This document shows, piece by piece, positions 1 through 11,893 of a stretch of 64,000 nucleotides of DNA. Where the stretch lies: assembly GCA_004022145.1 (NCBI GenBank), contig RCNU01000006.1; one strand, 5' to 3'. Below the pieces are notes generated by a model. The model was given only the letters and a program-made list of their open reading frames with translations, did no database searches and was not told the DNA's origin. The first letter of the stretch is position 1. The number at the start of each line of letters is the position of its first letter. The translations under genes and the position numbers were made by a program. Source of the stretch: Paecilomyces variotii (taxonomy: Eukaryota).

Positions 1-1010
1 ACTTCTATATCGGGTGACATCAGTTATCTCCTACTAACTACTCCTTACTTAGTAGAAACACCAAACATCTCCTCTAAGTTATACCATAATGTGGCCATAC
101 GTAATTTACACCAGATATCTTCACAACACCTTACTCTTCATTCTATCAACTAGTTAAAAAACAAACTCTTATCGCCATCCACACTAGATAGACTAACTAG
201 TCACTAGTATAAATACCCCCGATAAACACTAACCGTGTCAGATGCCAAACAGACACTACTCTACGTTCGTATACGAATTCTAGATAAGGTAACTAAGTCG
301 TCTAACTATAACTAGTTATAACGACCTCTTCATAAGCAGTTCCTCTATAGTAGTACATACATACTTACTGGACTAGAGTAAACTAACTAACTACAGTAGT
401 TAACTATCTACAGTACCTAGGTAGTAGTTAATCACCTAAAACCAGAGTAACTAACTAACTAACTAACTAGCTAAGTAGCTAACTAGCTAGCTAGTTAATG
501 TGAGTGCTCATACATAAGCTCGATCAGCGGGCCCCATTCGAAGCGGGGTGATGACGTTGACTGTTAACATATCTCTGCTCTTCTCGGGTAAAATAAATCA
601 TCAAGTAAAAGTGTCATTTTCTTCTTTTCCTTTCTTCTGGTCCTCTTCGCACGATAAGAGAAGGGAGGGAGGGGTAAACAGATGGTGGCAAATGAGTTAT
701 TTTTTACTAGTACTTGCTTGCGTTTTTCATCTCGTGGTCTACGTGGGATGACGAGTACGCTTGCGATATTATTATTATTGATATTTTTGGTGGGTACGTA
801 GATGAGTCATACGCGGTGTTGTGATGTTGTGATGTTGTAGGGAGTTAGAAGGATTGATGGATAGATACATGGAGGACGTGGAGTCTACCTTACGACGCAG
901 TCACGTAACTTAAGTAGTCCAGTTTACGTATCTACTTGCGGTAGATAGATACTTCCCTCGTTAACTTATTACTTCTCAGTCTCCATTAGTTATTAAGCGA
1001 GGGCAAAGAG

Positions 1011-1063
<53 letters not shown>
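1011..1063 (+). repeat. 53-nt poly(A) tract
   Basis: Uninterrupted A run read directly from the sequence, in a TpA-rich gene-free stretch. Confidence 0.95.
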
Positions 1064-1064
<1 letters not shown>

Positions 1065-2025
1065 AGAACCGACACTGACTGACGAGTCCTTTAGAAGCGG
1101 TGAGTAATGATCGTCTTCTTTTTACTTCCTTGAGAATCGAGGAGACGTAATCCTAGGGATATTTCGATGAACTAGTTTCTTTTAAATAGCGGGACATAGA
1201 TAGACGTGTTCTGATCCATCATGATTCATTGGAATTGTACCGTACTCTATCTATGATCTAATAGCTTTTCTTTCTGTGCTTTTGGGCTAGGACTTGTCTT
1301 TTCAAGGCAGCAAGCAGGTGTCATCGCCCGAAGAGGCGAGGGGGATGATATGCGTTTTCTATATACAATATGCATGCTTATATCTTTTAGTTCCCCATTC
1401 CGATTAGAGGAATTACGGTATACATGGGATTCGTCAAGATGTGTATTCGACAGACGTACTAGAATTTCGTGTTGTGAGGTTGATTTACATAGAGAGAGGT
1501 GTTTCTACGTGATGAAACTAACTAGGTAGGTTATTACCCGGTTTTGAGTACAGGTCTAGTCTATCATACTCTCTATCCTTGCGTTGGCGTCTTGGTTGAT
1601 GTGTGGTAGACCGCAATGGGTAGCTTTTGGCTATGTCGTGCTCGAATATGTTCTTGCGTTAGTGTTATTCATTGTCGCTGAAGTCTCGAGGGTAGGACGT
1701 CGTCTTCCGGTATGTACGGCTTTCGATTCAACTTCTCGTCGTTCATACATACTTCCCTGGTTACTGTACTCGGGACGGTTCTGCTGATACTGCAGTTACG
1801 CATGAACTGGAAAATAATTATATCCTATTTATAACAAAGCTTGTATATATATCATGAAACAAGCGCTTTTCTCTTCCCCTTTTCACTGATAATTCCATCT
1901 CTTCCAAGGCATGCAAATCTAAGACAGAATTTTAGAAAGAAACGCATTCAGGCATCACGGCATTAATCCCATCATCACAGAGGCCAATGCTCCTAATGCT
2001 TTAATCTTTTCCCATATCGACAACG

Positions 2026-2785
2026 CTAATAGACATCTTCCGGATTCACCAGGAACTGCTCTCCGTTCTCGCGAATATGCTGCAAGTTCTTATCCCGACT
2101 GCACGGTTTCCTCATATCAAACGCATCCTCGCCTTCTGAAAGACCCGTCGGGTCGTCGCTGTAGTAATTCACCACTCGTCGGAATACCGAGTATCTGTTT
2201 TGCAGACCCGTAGTTTTTAGCTCCTGTGATTATTTTCTTATGGTGGTTAGGTGCTAGATTGATAGCGTACCCCATTCCCTTGTACATTCCTACTGCGACC
2301 TTGTTGCCCGCGCGCACGTACAGATCCACGAACCACGCATCGTTGATATCGGAGGACCGCTCCAGGCTCTCGGTCAGACGGCGCGCATGGCCTAGTCGTC
2401 GCGATGCTGGCGCAACTGTCAACACGGTAATGTGTCCGTGCCAGGGAGTGTAGTGTTCCGAATGTCGCATCGAGGGGGGCTGCTCCTCGAGCTTGCCCAT
2501 TACTAGTGAGAATCTACTCGTTAGCATATGCGATTGTTTACCAGTGAGAAAGCGGAATATCTAGTAAAGCTTTCTTCCGATGTATACTATCAAATCGGCT
2601 CAATGGGCAGACGCACTGTAACCAACAATACTGCCATCGTGATCCTCAACCACGTTGAATAGCGACGGCCATCGCATCAGATAGTTCAGGTAGAATCCCA
2701 GGTCATAGTTCTCCGTCAGAGGATCGAGATTGGTCAGATTGAGCGAGAACAGGTCCGTTGGCGTCATGCGCCGTACGCTGCTCAT
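2026..2785 (-). CDS. nat3: N-terminal acetyltransferase B catalytic subunit (Nat3/NAA20), GNAT family; 3 exons, ~189 aa
   Basis: Exons 2785-2617, 2502-2271, 2194-2026 with GT-AG introns join in frame. Motifs MSSVRRM...NLDPLTENY...YLMRWP, WHGHITVLTVAP..RRLG, FVDLYVRAGN, EDAFDMRK are typical of Nat3/NAA20. Confidence 0.93.
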
Positions 2786-3477
2786 GGTGGATATGCTTGG
2801 TGTGGCTGAGAAATTGGCGGGGAGAGATAAATGATTCTTTGCCTGATCGCCGGAAGCGGAAGCGGGCAAGGAGGGGAACGAACCAGACGCGAACGATGGA
2901 AGAATGCCTTTGTCTAGTTGATCTAAATAAAACAAACAAAAAAACGAGGAAACGCAATGCTGGCGCAAATGGACGGAGACAACCGACTGCTTCTTGGATC
3001 TATTTATTCTTTGTCCGTCAAGAGTTCGGCAGATGTCATGTTTCGCGCTGTGTGGGGTTTCCGAAGTCTCGAGCGTTAAGACGTTTCGGTCACGGGAAAG
3101 GGGAAAAAGGCACGATGTTGACAGGAGAACAGTCTAGCTGTTGACATTCTCCGCGAGGGCTGTATCTTATCTTGTCCATCCCCTGCAGACAATCTGGTCT
3201 CAGTGCCAGTGTCCATCTGTCTGCGTGCGGGCAAAAGCGCTGCCAGCAGTCCATATTAATTGACGTTTCTAACCCCCTACTCTTCACAGAGGACGCCAAC
3301 ACCGCGGACTAAGGAGTAGTGACGTGCCAGCAGACCGGCAGATCCAAAGTCATCCGCACGACCCTTTTTCTTTTTTTCTTCCCTTTTAGCTTTTAGAACA
3401 TATAACCTGTCTGCATTCACTGGTGTGAGCTGCACAGCTACAAAGCCGCTTTTCCAGTTCAGTGCATCGCAACGTCG

Positions 3478-4853
3478 ATGGTCTTGTCATCTCCGATGGC
3501 GGCCACACACCGAAGACATCCGTCGAGTCTCGACCTCTCAGCATCGTCCCCAAACGCATATGCCACAAATGGCTATGGACAGAGCCCTCCGCTGTCCCCG
3601 AGGACCCCGAGGTCATCTGCTCCTCCATCGCCAGTCACTCCCAGACAGCAAGGCTCGCAGACGATGAACGGATCCCACAGGATGTCCGGCGATTTCACGG
3701 CCGCGGAGGCGGGAGGCGGTTTGGGGAGTCTTGCCGATGAACTTGCAGATGCATGGGAAGAAGAAGATGGAGGTTATGAGGATACATCGGGCTTGGAGAA
3801 CGGACAGATCGATTCTCATAATGCGGATTACAGTGACAGGGAGGAAGGCTACGTCGATTCGGGTGCGGGCACACCGGGAGACCGTCTCTCTCCGGACGAC
3901 ATGCTGCAACCGAGCAGGGGGAAACCCAAGAATAACCACAGTCGGCACAAACGACATGAATCACAATACGATGGGTCTGACTACGGTAACGACTCGGATT
4001 TGGAAGAGACACCGGAGATATCACCAAGTCTGGAGGCGCGGATGGCTGGCATTGAGAGTCTGGCTCGAAGGGGAACGGAGGATAATGGCAGTGAAAACGA
4101 CAGGGTCATAAAACGCGCAATAGAGAGTCTCCGGGATCTGGGTGGTCAGAGTGGGATTGAAAACGGCGCATCAAGGTTAGTACATCCAGAATGATTGTGT
4201 TGGAAGCCTCATTTTGCCCACGTACTCCACCTGTTCATGCTGCCGCTTGGTCCATCTGAGTTGTGACGACTAACGCTTCGCGCAGACTGATAACCGCTCA
4301 TACTTCGATCACCTCGCACCTAACGCACCAAACTCGAACGCTGCAGACACTCACCCATCCTCTCCTTTTCTCGCCTTTCCCGATCCTCTCAGAGGAGGAT
4401 ATCGATTCTCTCGTCCCTCTGATTGATGAAGAGCTGCTACCCAATCTCCCTTACCCTTTTCCACAAGCCCAGTCTCGCTCGCGACCTACGACGCCGGCGC
4501 AGTCTGCCTCCCTCAACCCGTTGGTCTCGCTGCAGACGCTTCTGTCCCAGACCTCTGAGCTTGTCTATAGCCTTCGGAGTCTAAGTGATACTCTACACGA
4601 GTCACGACAGGTAACATCGACGGCCTCGCGAAGGCTGCGGTCTGCCAAGGAGCTCGTTGCCGAGTTAAGACGTGAGGAGGAAGAACGGGAAGAAGGCACG
4701 CGCTGGATCGAAAAGGGCCAATGGGACCGCCGACTACGAGAGAGAGAAGCAGGCAAGGTCTGCGGGGATGTTGTCAGCGGCTTTGAAGCAGTCTGCGGAG
4801 AATGGCGGAAGAAACTCTTTGGTGCAGCAGCCCCCGACGCAGTCGCTGCATAA
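3478..4853 (+). CDS. Hypothetical protein with acidic/disordered N-half and predicted coiled-coil C-terminus; 2 exons, ~421 aa
   Basis: ORFs 3478-4194 and 4263-4853 are joined in frame by intron 4176-4285 (GTTAGT...CTAAC...CGCAG). Protein-like sequence (SLADELADAW, RLITAHTSITSHLTHQTR, CGDVVSGFEAVC). No function recognised. Confidence 0.8.
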
Positions 4854-6402
4854 CTACTACACTTTTTCACCATCCTCATGCAGAAGCAGAGCTTGTCTGC
4901 CGTCCTTCTATAATTCCTCCCTATTTGAATGACGCGTACGAGCTATATAGACTACCCTGTGGCTTTGGACCCTTTCTTTCAAATCTAATGCCCGGAGTTG
5001 GAGAGGCGATCATGAATTTTTTCCTTAAAGGACCGAGCTTGTTTCTTCTGCATCCCATATTCCGGCCTTCTTCTGCTTTCTCTTTCTTTTTTTTCCCACT
5101 TCTCCGCAATGATCCCCCCGTTTCTTCAGACTAGAAGGCAGTAGAATAGTTTTCTTCTTCATACATACATACATACATAACTTCTCGTCTTGACTCAGAT
5201 TCCCTACCCTTATCCCGCTCCTACATTGTTTCATGTGAGTTTATCCCCGGCCAAACCATGCGTGTACTGTACATAGAACGATATCCAGCTAGCCGTCCCA
5301 GACAGAAAAAGATACCAAGATTCTCCTACGTCAAGAATGCAGTTCATAATCCCGAGTAAAAAACTACTCCCCTAGTCTATCTACTCCTATGTTTATTTTT
5401 ATTTCTTTCTGGAAACGCGACTAGCCTCTCTCTCTCTCTCTCTCTCTCCCGAAGTGTCCCTTTCTGAAACGCTGGACCCGAACTACTGTACCGCGCCAGG
5501 AAGTGGTCAATCCACCCTTCTAAGCAGACGCACAGATATGAATTAGTTAACTAGTTAGTTAGTCGGTATTACGAACTGCATAAAATCCAACATCCTGCTC
5601 CCTGCAGACGATATTAGACATCGGATATTGGGGCCTAGATAGTCGATCCAAACATCCGCAGTAACTAATTAACTAGTTACTTTCCTAGGAATCCTATGGA
5701 AGCCGTATGTACAGGCGTTGGGGTTTGTTGATCGCTCGCTTCTACTTTGATATTACTCACGAAGCGAGTTCGCGGGTCATTAAGAATAGAAAAACTACCG
5801 GTGCATGTAAGTAAAACTAACGTTTATATCTACCCCCAATGAAAGACACCATACTTAGGATTACACAAATGCGGACCAAATTTCCCTGTAGACAACCATG
5901 ACTTGAATGAAAATAGAAGATGATAGATGCTCATTACGCTCATAACTAATCGTAGCCGTACGTGAAAGACGAGCAACTACCTTAGACCATTCTTCCCTTC
6001 CGCATTTTTTTTCGGCTCATGGAAGAATAAGAAAAACTTTTTTTTCTTCCCCAGAGCGTACAGGGGACAGGTGATCGTAGAAATCATGAGATCGAGCGGA
6101 TGCCAAAGGACATGTCCAATGGTTCAGTAGGGGAGGATGTTGACAGGGAGAAAAAAGGAAAAGAAACATGACAGATCCTGGACGGCAAAATGACAACTGG
6201 GGAAAATGACCGAACCCCTTTCTAGAGAACAGCCCTGTCGAACGACAATAGGTTTCTCCTAGGGGAGATTGTGAGATCAGAAGCGACAGGGTGGAATGAC
6301 ATGCACTCATGTGCGAATTCTGCAGCTAACACGAGGAATTGAAGAATGAAGTAAGGGACTAGGTTGAAGAACGGAAGAGCACATCGGTCACCAGCGACCA
6401 AT

Positions 6403-9400
6403 TTAGCTCTGCTGTTGCTTCCACCGCGGCACCCACTTCCCGCCGGCGGGCTTCGCATCACCAGAGGCAGCTGGGGGAGTCTGCGTCCTGGAGGGGGGCT
6501 GCGAAGCGCTCGATTCGCGCATATGGCGAGGGACGTACCGCTCAGGAGCGCCGCCATTAGCAGGAGATGCATCACGGGGAGTGACGCTAGTAGCGGCACC
6601 ACGCTGGTGTGGAGGAACATAGCCACCAGTTCTGCGGAGAGGGGGAACATCTTCCTTGGGAGCCTCAGGGGCGCCACCAGCAGCCTCCTTGGCAGCCTGG
6701 CGCTCTCTCCAGCTGGGTCCTCCAGCAGCAGCAGTGCGAGGAGCCAAGTTAAGACGAGGAGCAGTACGCTCGGCGGTTTCAGCCCGGACAGGTGGCTCAG
6801 CAACGGCAGCGGGAGCGGGAGCAGTCTTGCGCATAGCACGGCGGCGCTCTGCCTCCTCCTCGCGCTCTCTCTGCTTGGCGGCAATCTCGTCGAGTTTCCT
6901 GGAGGTTAGGTTAGCAACATCTTCATAGTATGGAGGCATATATATAGGACTATACCTTCTCTCCTCCTCACGCTGCGCCTTGAGCTCGGCCAGCTTACGT
7001 CTCTGTTCCTCTTCTTTGGCAAGTCTCTCCTCCTCCTCACGTTTGATACGCTCTTCTTCCTCCCGACGGCGTCTCTCCTCCTCCTCACGCTCCATTCTCT
7101 CGCGGCGTCTGCGCTCCTGGACTTCCTTGACACGCTGCTTCTTCTTCTGCTCGAATTCGCGCTCAGCGGCCTTGCGACGCTTCTCGAACTCCTCGTGACG
7201 CTTCTCGTTCAGCTCCTTGCGGTAGCTGTTGAAGACGGGCACCAGGCGGCTCAGGCGGTGCTTAAGAGCAACGTCTTCCTTGTGCTTCTGCTCGGCCTCC
7301 TTCAGCGTCTGCTCCTTGATCTTCTCGTAGATCTCCAAGTCTCGCTGCTTCTGTTGCTCGTAGTCCTCGGGAATGTGCTTGAGCTCCTCACGACGGAAAG
7401 CTCTCTCCAGGTGATCAATGCGCTTGGCAGTGATGCGGATACGATCATTGAGCTCATTCTTCTCCTTCTCAAGCTGCTGCAGCTTCAGTGCGCGGAGGCG
7501 GTTTGTGTCGAGATCCTCGAGATCGATCTCGCTGACATCGATGCCCTTGACACCGCTCTTCAACTCCTCCAGCTGCTTCTTGAGCTCCTGCTGGCGGATA
7601 CGGTCCTGTTCATCCTTGATTCTCTTCTTCTCACGCTCACGCTGCTCATCAAGCAGTCTCTGCTTCTCAGCCTCCTGGAGCTGCTGAGTTCGGATACGCT
7701 TGCGGGTCTCCTCTTCCCTCTGCTTCCGCTGGAGGGCGTCGGTAGCAGCCTCCTTCCTCTTCTCGATGATGACACGACGAGCCAGGGCCTCCTCGTGCTC
7801 CTTGGCTGCGCCAGCCTGAGCGCGAGCGAGGGCCAGCTGCTTGGCCTGGACACGGGCCTCGTTGTAGGATGGGTCGACGTACATGCAAGTAATGTGGAGA
7901 GTCTTGGCCAACCGCGAAAGCTGGGCACGGGCAATCTCGGAGGGGGTCTTCTGTAGGCGCTGAACGGTGCCCACATCGCTCTCAGCGGAACCAGCAGCGC
8001 TGCCGGAGTGGATAGCCTTGGCGGAAGAGAAGATATCAGAGTCGAAGGTGAGCACACCCGAGACATGGTTAACACGAATGGCGAGGTCACCCTTCTTGCA
8101 GCCGTTCATGATGAACTTCTCGATCATCGAGCGAGTGATCTGGAAGGGCTCGGGGAACTGGGCGAGCTCGTAGACGAACTTGAGCTCGACGGTTTCGTAG
8201 ACCTGCGACAGCTGCTGGAACAGGCGGGTGAGGATAACCTGCTGCAGAGGCACGACATACTTCTCCATCTCGGGGTCCGCACCAATCTGCTGAAGAATGG
8301 GGGTGATCTTCTTGCAGATGGAAAGAGGGTGGAAGTCGACCTCCAGGATGTTGTAGAGGTCACGGATCTCAGGGCGGACGCGCTTCAGGAGACCCTTGTT
8401 CAGAGCATCCTTGAACAGAGCAGCTCTGGTGGGGTGCTGGGCCATACCCAGGAGGTTGGTGAGACGAGCATTCTTGTTCTTGCGCACCTCATCAACGTCG
8501 ACCAGGGCACCACGAGAGCGGGAGGTGCTGATAACGGGGATAGCCAGAGCGGACAGCAGAACGAACGAGGCGGTCTTGGTCATATCGGCCTCCGTCACCG
8601 AAGGGTTGTCCTTCTTGGAGCCCTGACCAGCGGCCAGAGTAGCGGCCGACTGGCGGAGAAGGTTGTAGTAACGGCTCCAGGCAGCGGCATGGAAGAGGTA
8701 GTTCTCGCTGACGAGGAAGATGCGGGTCAGCTTCTCGTAGTAGTTAGCCATCATGACGTTCTTGGCCGGACGCTTGCTCAGGCTGAGCAAGGTGTGGATA
8801 TCCTCCACACTGCGGAAAGCCTCCTGCCATAGCTCCAACTCGACAGCAACGTTCAGCTGCTGGAATCTCGTGTCCAAGTGGCGCTGCAGGGTGTCCGGGT
8901 CGCTGAGGTTGATGGAGTGCATCTGGGCCGAGTACTTGGCGGCATTCTGGACGTGGTTGCGGAGAAGCTCGCACAGTCTGCGGAACTCGGTCTTGCGGGT
9001 GTACTTCAAGCAGAATTGGAACGCCTGCAGAGCGGTGGTCTGGTACATGACCTCGAGGCGCGCATTGTTCTTGAGGATCTCGAGCACCGTCCGGTAGGTC
9101 TCCCACAGGAACTTGAGCCACGGAGTGACGACCGCACGATCAGTACGATCCCGGGACTGCTCACCAGAGACAGTGGCAAGGAGGATAGTCTCGGGGGTCT
9201 CGATGGCCTCGAGGTCCTCAACGTTGGTCGAAGGAGCCGCGGACTCCAGCGAGGACTGGATCTCGTCGGCCTTGGCCTGGGCCTCCGTAACCTTCTGCTC
9301 CGCGAGCTCGATGAACTTCTTGAGAACCGTCTATCCAACATGATATCGTCAGCATCCATCCACCGCATCTAACGCTGCCAGGAAAAAATTATCTGCCTAC

Positions 9401-9744
9401 CTCGATCGTTCCGACATTAGTGTTCTGGGCGATGTTCTTGTACTGGTACAAGCCATCCTTGGCCGCCTTTCCCTTGCGCAAATCGACACACAATTCGACA
9501 AAGAGGATCATCACCGGCTCGAGCGAAGCGATGGGGGTGCTCCGGGTGCGCTTGGAGGTGACATGCTCGTGGAGGACGGTCAAGGCGGCGGGCGCCTGAC
9601 CGACGGCAATGAGTTCCTGAGCCCTCTATTCCCACACAACATCGTCAGTATCTCAGCCTTGAAGGTGGAAGATGGGGGGCAGCCACGACGACGAGGACCT
9701 ACCTTGAGGACATTTTCAGGCTTGATATGGGGTGGAGGCGGCAT
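6403..9744 (-). CDS. tif32: Eukaryotic translation initiation factor 3 subunit A (PCI domain plus charged coiled coil); 4 exons, ~1045 aa
   Basis: Exons 9744-9703, 9625-9401, 9330-6956, 6898-6403. N-terminus [20 protein letters not shown]; motifs [42 protein letters not shown]-rich C-terminal half; strong C/G third-position bias. Confidence 0.97.
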
Positions 9745-10027
9745 GGTGGGCAAGCTGCCCCTTGGGTCGGCGGATCACAGAAAAGAACGGCCTGGCGACT
9801 GGGCGATCTCGACTCGACGCAAGACGAGACGGACGAGAAAAGAGCGGGCAGCTGGACTCGATGCGATGAGTTCAGATGACGCTGCCGCGCGAAGGTCGAC
9901 GATAGACCAGGCTTAATTTGAGGGGGGAGATCGGGACGACTGGAGTTTGCGTCGTTGTGCGAGAATCACGAAAAACCGAAAGGGCGCCAGCGGAGCCCAC
10001 TTGAGCGCATAAGCGACCGGGGTTGCG

Positions 10028-10600
10028 GTCACGTGAGGACAGCCGCAGAGACTCTCTCTCTCTCTCTCTCTCACCGCGACTCGGGCTGGGTGGCTTTATC
10101 TTGACAGCTGGAGAGCAGAGATCGTCGCCTGGCGTCCTGCATGCCTGGGGCGTTAATGCAATTTTAATGTGATTAGGGTTTGGCGATAATGCTCGAGGAT
10201 ATCGAGGATGGCTGCATGTTCGTGTGCGAAGTAGATACTGTAGATAACTACTGTAGTCTACATTGTTATGGTGTACCTAACTAGTGACTACAGTAAATGT
10301 TCTTCCTTCCTTCATATCCAGCAGCAGTCCCTATTTTGTGGGGTTTCCAATTTATTCTATGCAAAGCGCGTCTATAAAATCCGGAGACTAGAATCAATGC
10401 ATCCAGTATCCAAACTAGGATGGACTGAAAGAATACATGTTTTCCTGTCGGGCGGAGATATATTCTTCCGCGATACTCGTTTCTGTCACGGGGAATAAAT
10501 CATGTGAGTGCACACTCGCGCAGTCACATGATTCAGATTCATATTACATAATCCAGATATAATCACGTGATATCATGGCACTTGCACGTCCTCACGTGAC
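10028..10600. promoter_or_regulatory. Cluster of RTCACRTGA-type (E-box/CDEI-like) bHLH sites in the divergent tif32/gpgA intergenic region
   Basis: GTCACGTGA 10028-10036, TCATGTGA 10500-10507, GTCACATGA 10523-10531, ATCACGTGAT 10562-10571, TCACGTGAC 10592-10600. Function is inferred from the motif only. Confidence 0.5.
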
Positions 10601-11409
10601 AATGACAGCCAACGCTCCTCGTCCTTTGGACGCCAACCCGGATCTGCACACGCAATCCGACTGGCTGCGAGTGCGCGTCTGCTCCAGTTGGCGCTGTCGC
10701 CGGTCGTTCCCGGACTGCGCAGGCCAGCGTTCGGGTCCAGCCGCTCGGGGCCCTGGCGGCCTCGCTAGTCCACTAGCGAGGATTCTCCTGCGAACCAGGG
10801 GCAGAACCCCGTGCGAAGCTGTGAGAGCAATAATAATAATCAATAATAATAAAATAATAATAAATTAAAATACTCTGTAATATGGTATGAGCATCATTAA
10901 ACTCTCACTTCCTCTGTTTCCCACCTGCGCTGCCCGTTGACTGCTCCTAGTAGATCTAAGTCAAACCAGGAATCGTCGTTTGCCCCCTTTAGCTGTGAGT
11001 CTCCTCCTCCCTGACCCGGGAACTGGCCCGACGCCCGGTCCATCGTCTTTTCCCCCCCCAAAAGCCCTTCTCGGGAGCCTTTCTCACCTGGGACCAACCG
11101 TCGCTCCTTTCACCCTCCCATCCTCCTCTTGCTGCCTCTCCGTGCTTCTTTCTGCCTCGTCCCCCTCCTCGCTCTCTCTCTCGCTCCCCCCCCTCCAGCG
11201 TCGTCGGTCTCTCCATCATTCCCTTCATCGTCTCTACGTCCTGTGGCCGTTTACTTTCCGCTCCTTCGAGTTTCTGACCCCCGTTGCAGGGCGACCAGCA
11301 CTTCCAAGAGATCCGGCGCGTCGTCTGGTTGGCAGAGCCTCTCTCGCCCTGACGACCAGATTTCCCTCCAATTGACGATTCCGACGACGACAAGAGTGAG
11401 AACATCAAC

Positions 11410-11893
11410 ATGCCGGCCGCATATGAAATTCGCTCGGGGGGCGATGCCCGCAACAAGAAGCAGAGTATGGCCGATCTGAAGTATCGCCGTCTCATGGAGC
11501 TCAACAGCCGCCTGAAGGAGGATCTGGATCGGCCTCGTGTCAAGGTGTCTGAAGCAGCGCTCTCGTAAGTCGATCCTGTATCCCGTCTCAATCAACTGTG
11601 GCTCTCCCACTGTGATGGGAGTCGCCAATTGAGGCTCAATTGGCCCTTGGCCATTGCCTAACGGGGTGTCTCCTTTTACTGACGAGTTCATCTGGCAGAC
11701 TGATCAACTACTGCAACAACACGAGAGATTTCATGGTGCCATCCGTCTGGGGTCAGGTATGTGGAGAAGCTCACCACGCTCCCAAGGGGAGACATTCTAT
11801 AGAGGACAAGTCGCTGATTTGCTCGTTCAGGTGGACAAGCGAGAGGACCCGTATGCTCCTCAACAGTCAGGTGGCTGCTGCACCGTCATGTAA
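11410..11893 (+). CDS. gpgA: Heterotrimeric G-protein gamma subunit; 3 exons, 91 aa, C-terminal CCaaX box
   Basis: Exons 11410-11564, 11699-11756, 11831-11893 give [91 protein letters not shown], a GGL domain with prenylation/palmitoylation motif. Confidence 0.96.

Noticed and set aside
361..372. ATACTTACTGG resembling the U1 snRNA 5' end
   Set aside because: Imperfect match with no U1 stem-loops or Sm site following.
7195..9372. Long plus-strand ORFs (253, 274, 164 aa) antisense to eIF3a
   Set aside because: Shadow ORFs expected from the strong codon bias of the sense gene; L/V-rich translations with no domain.
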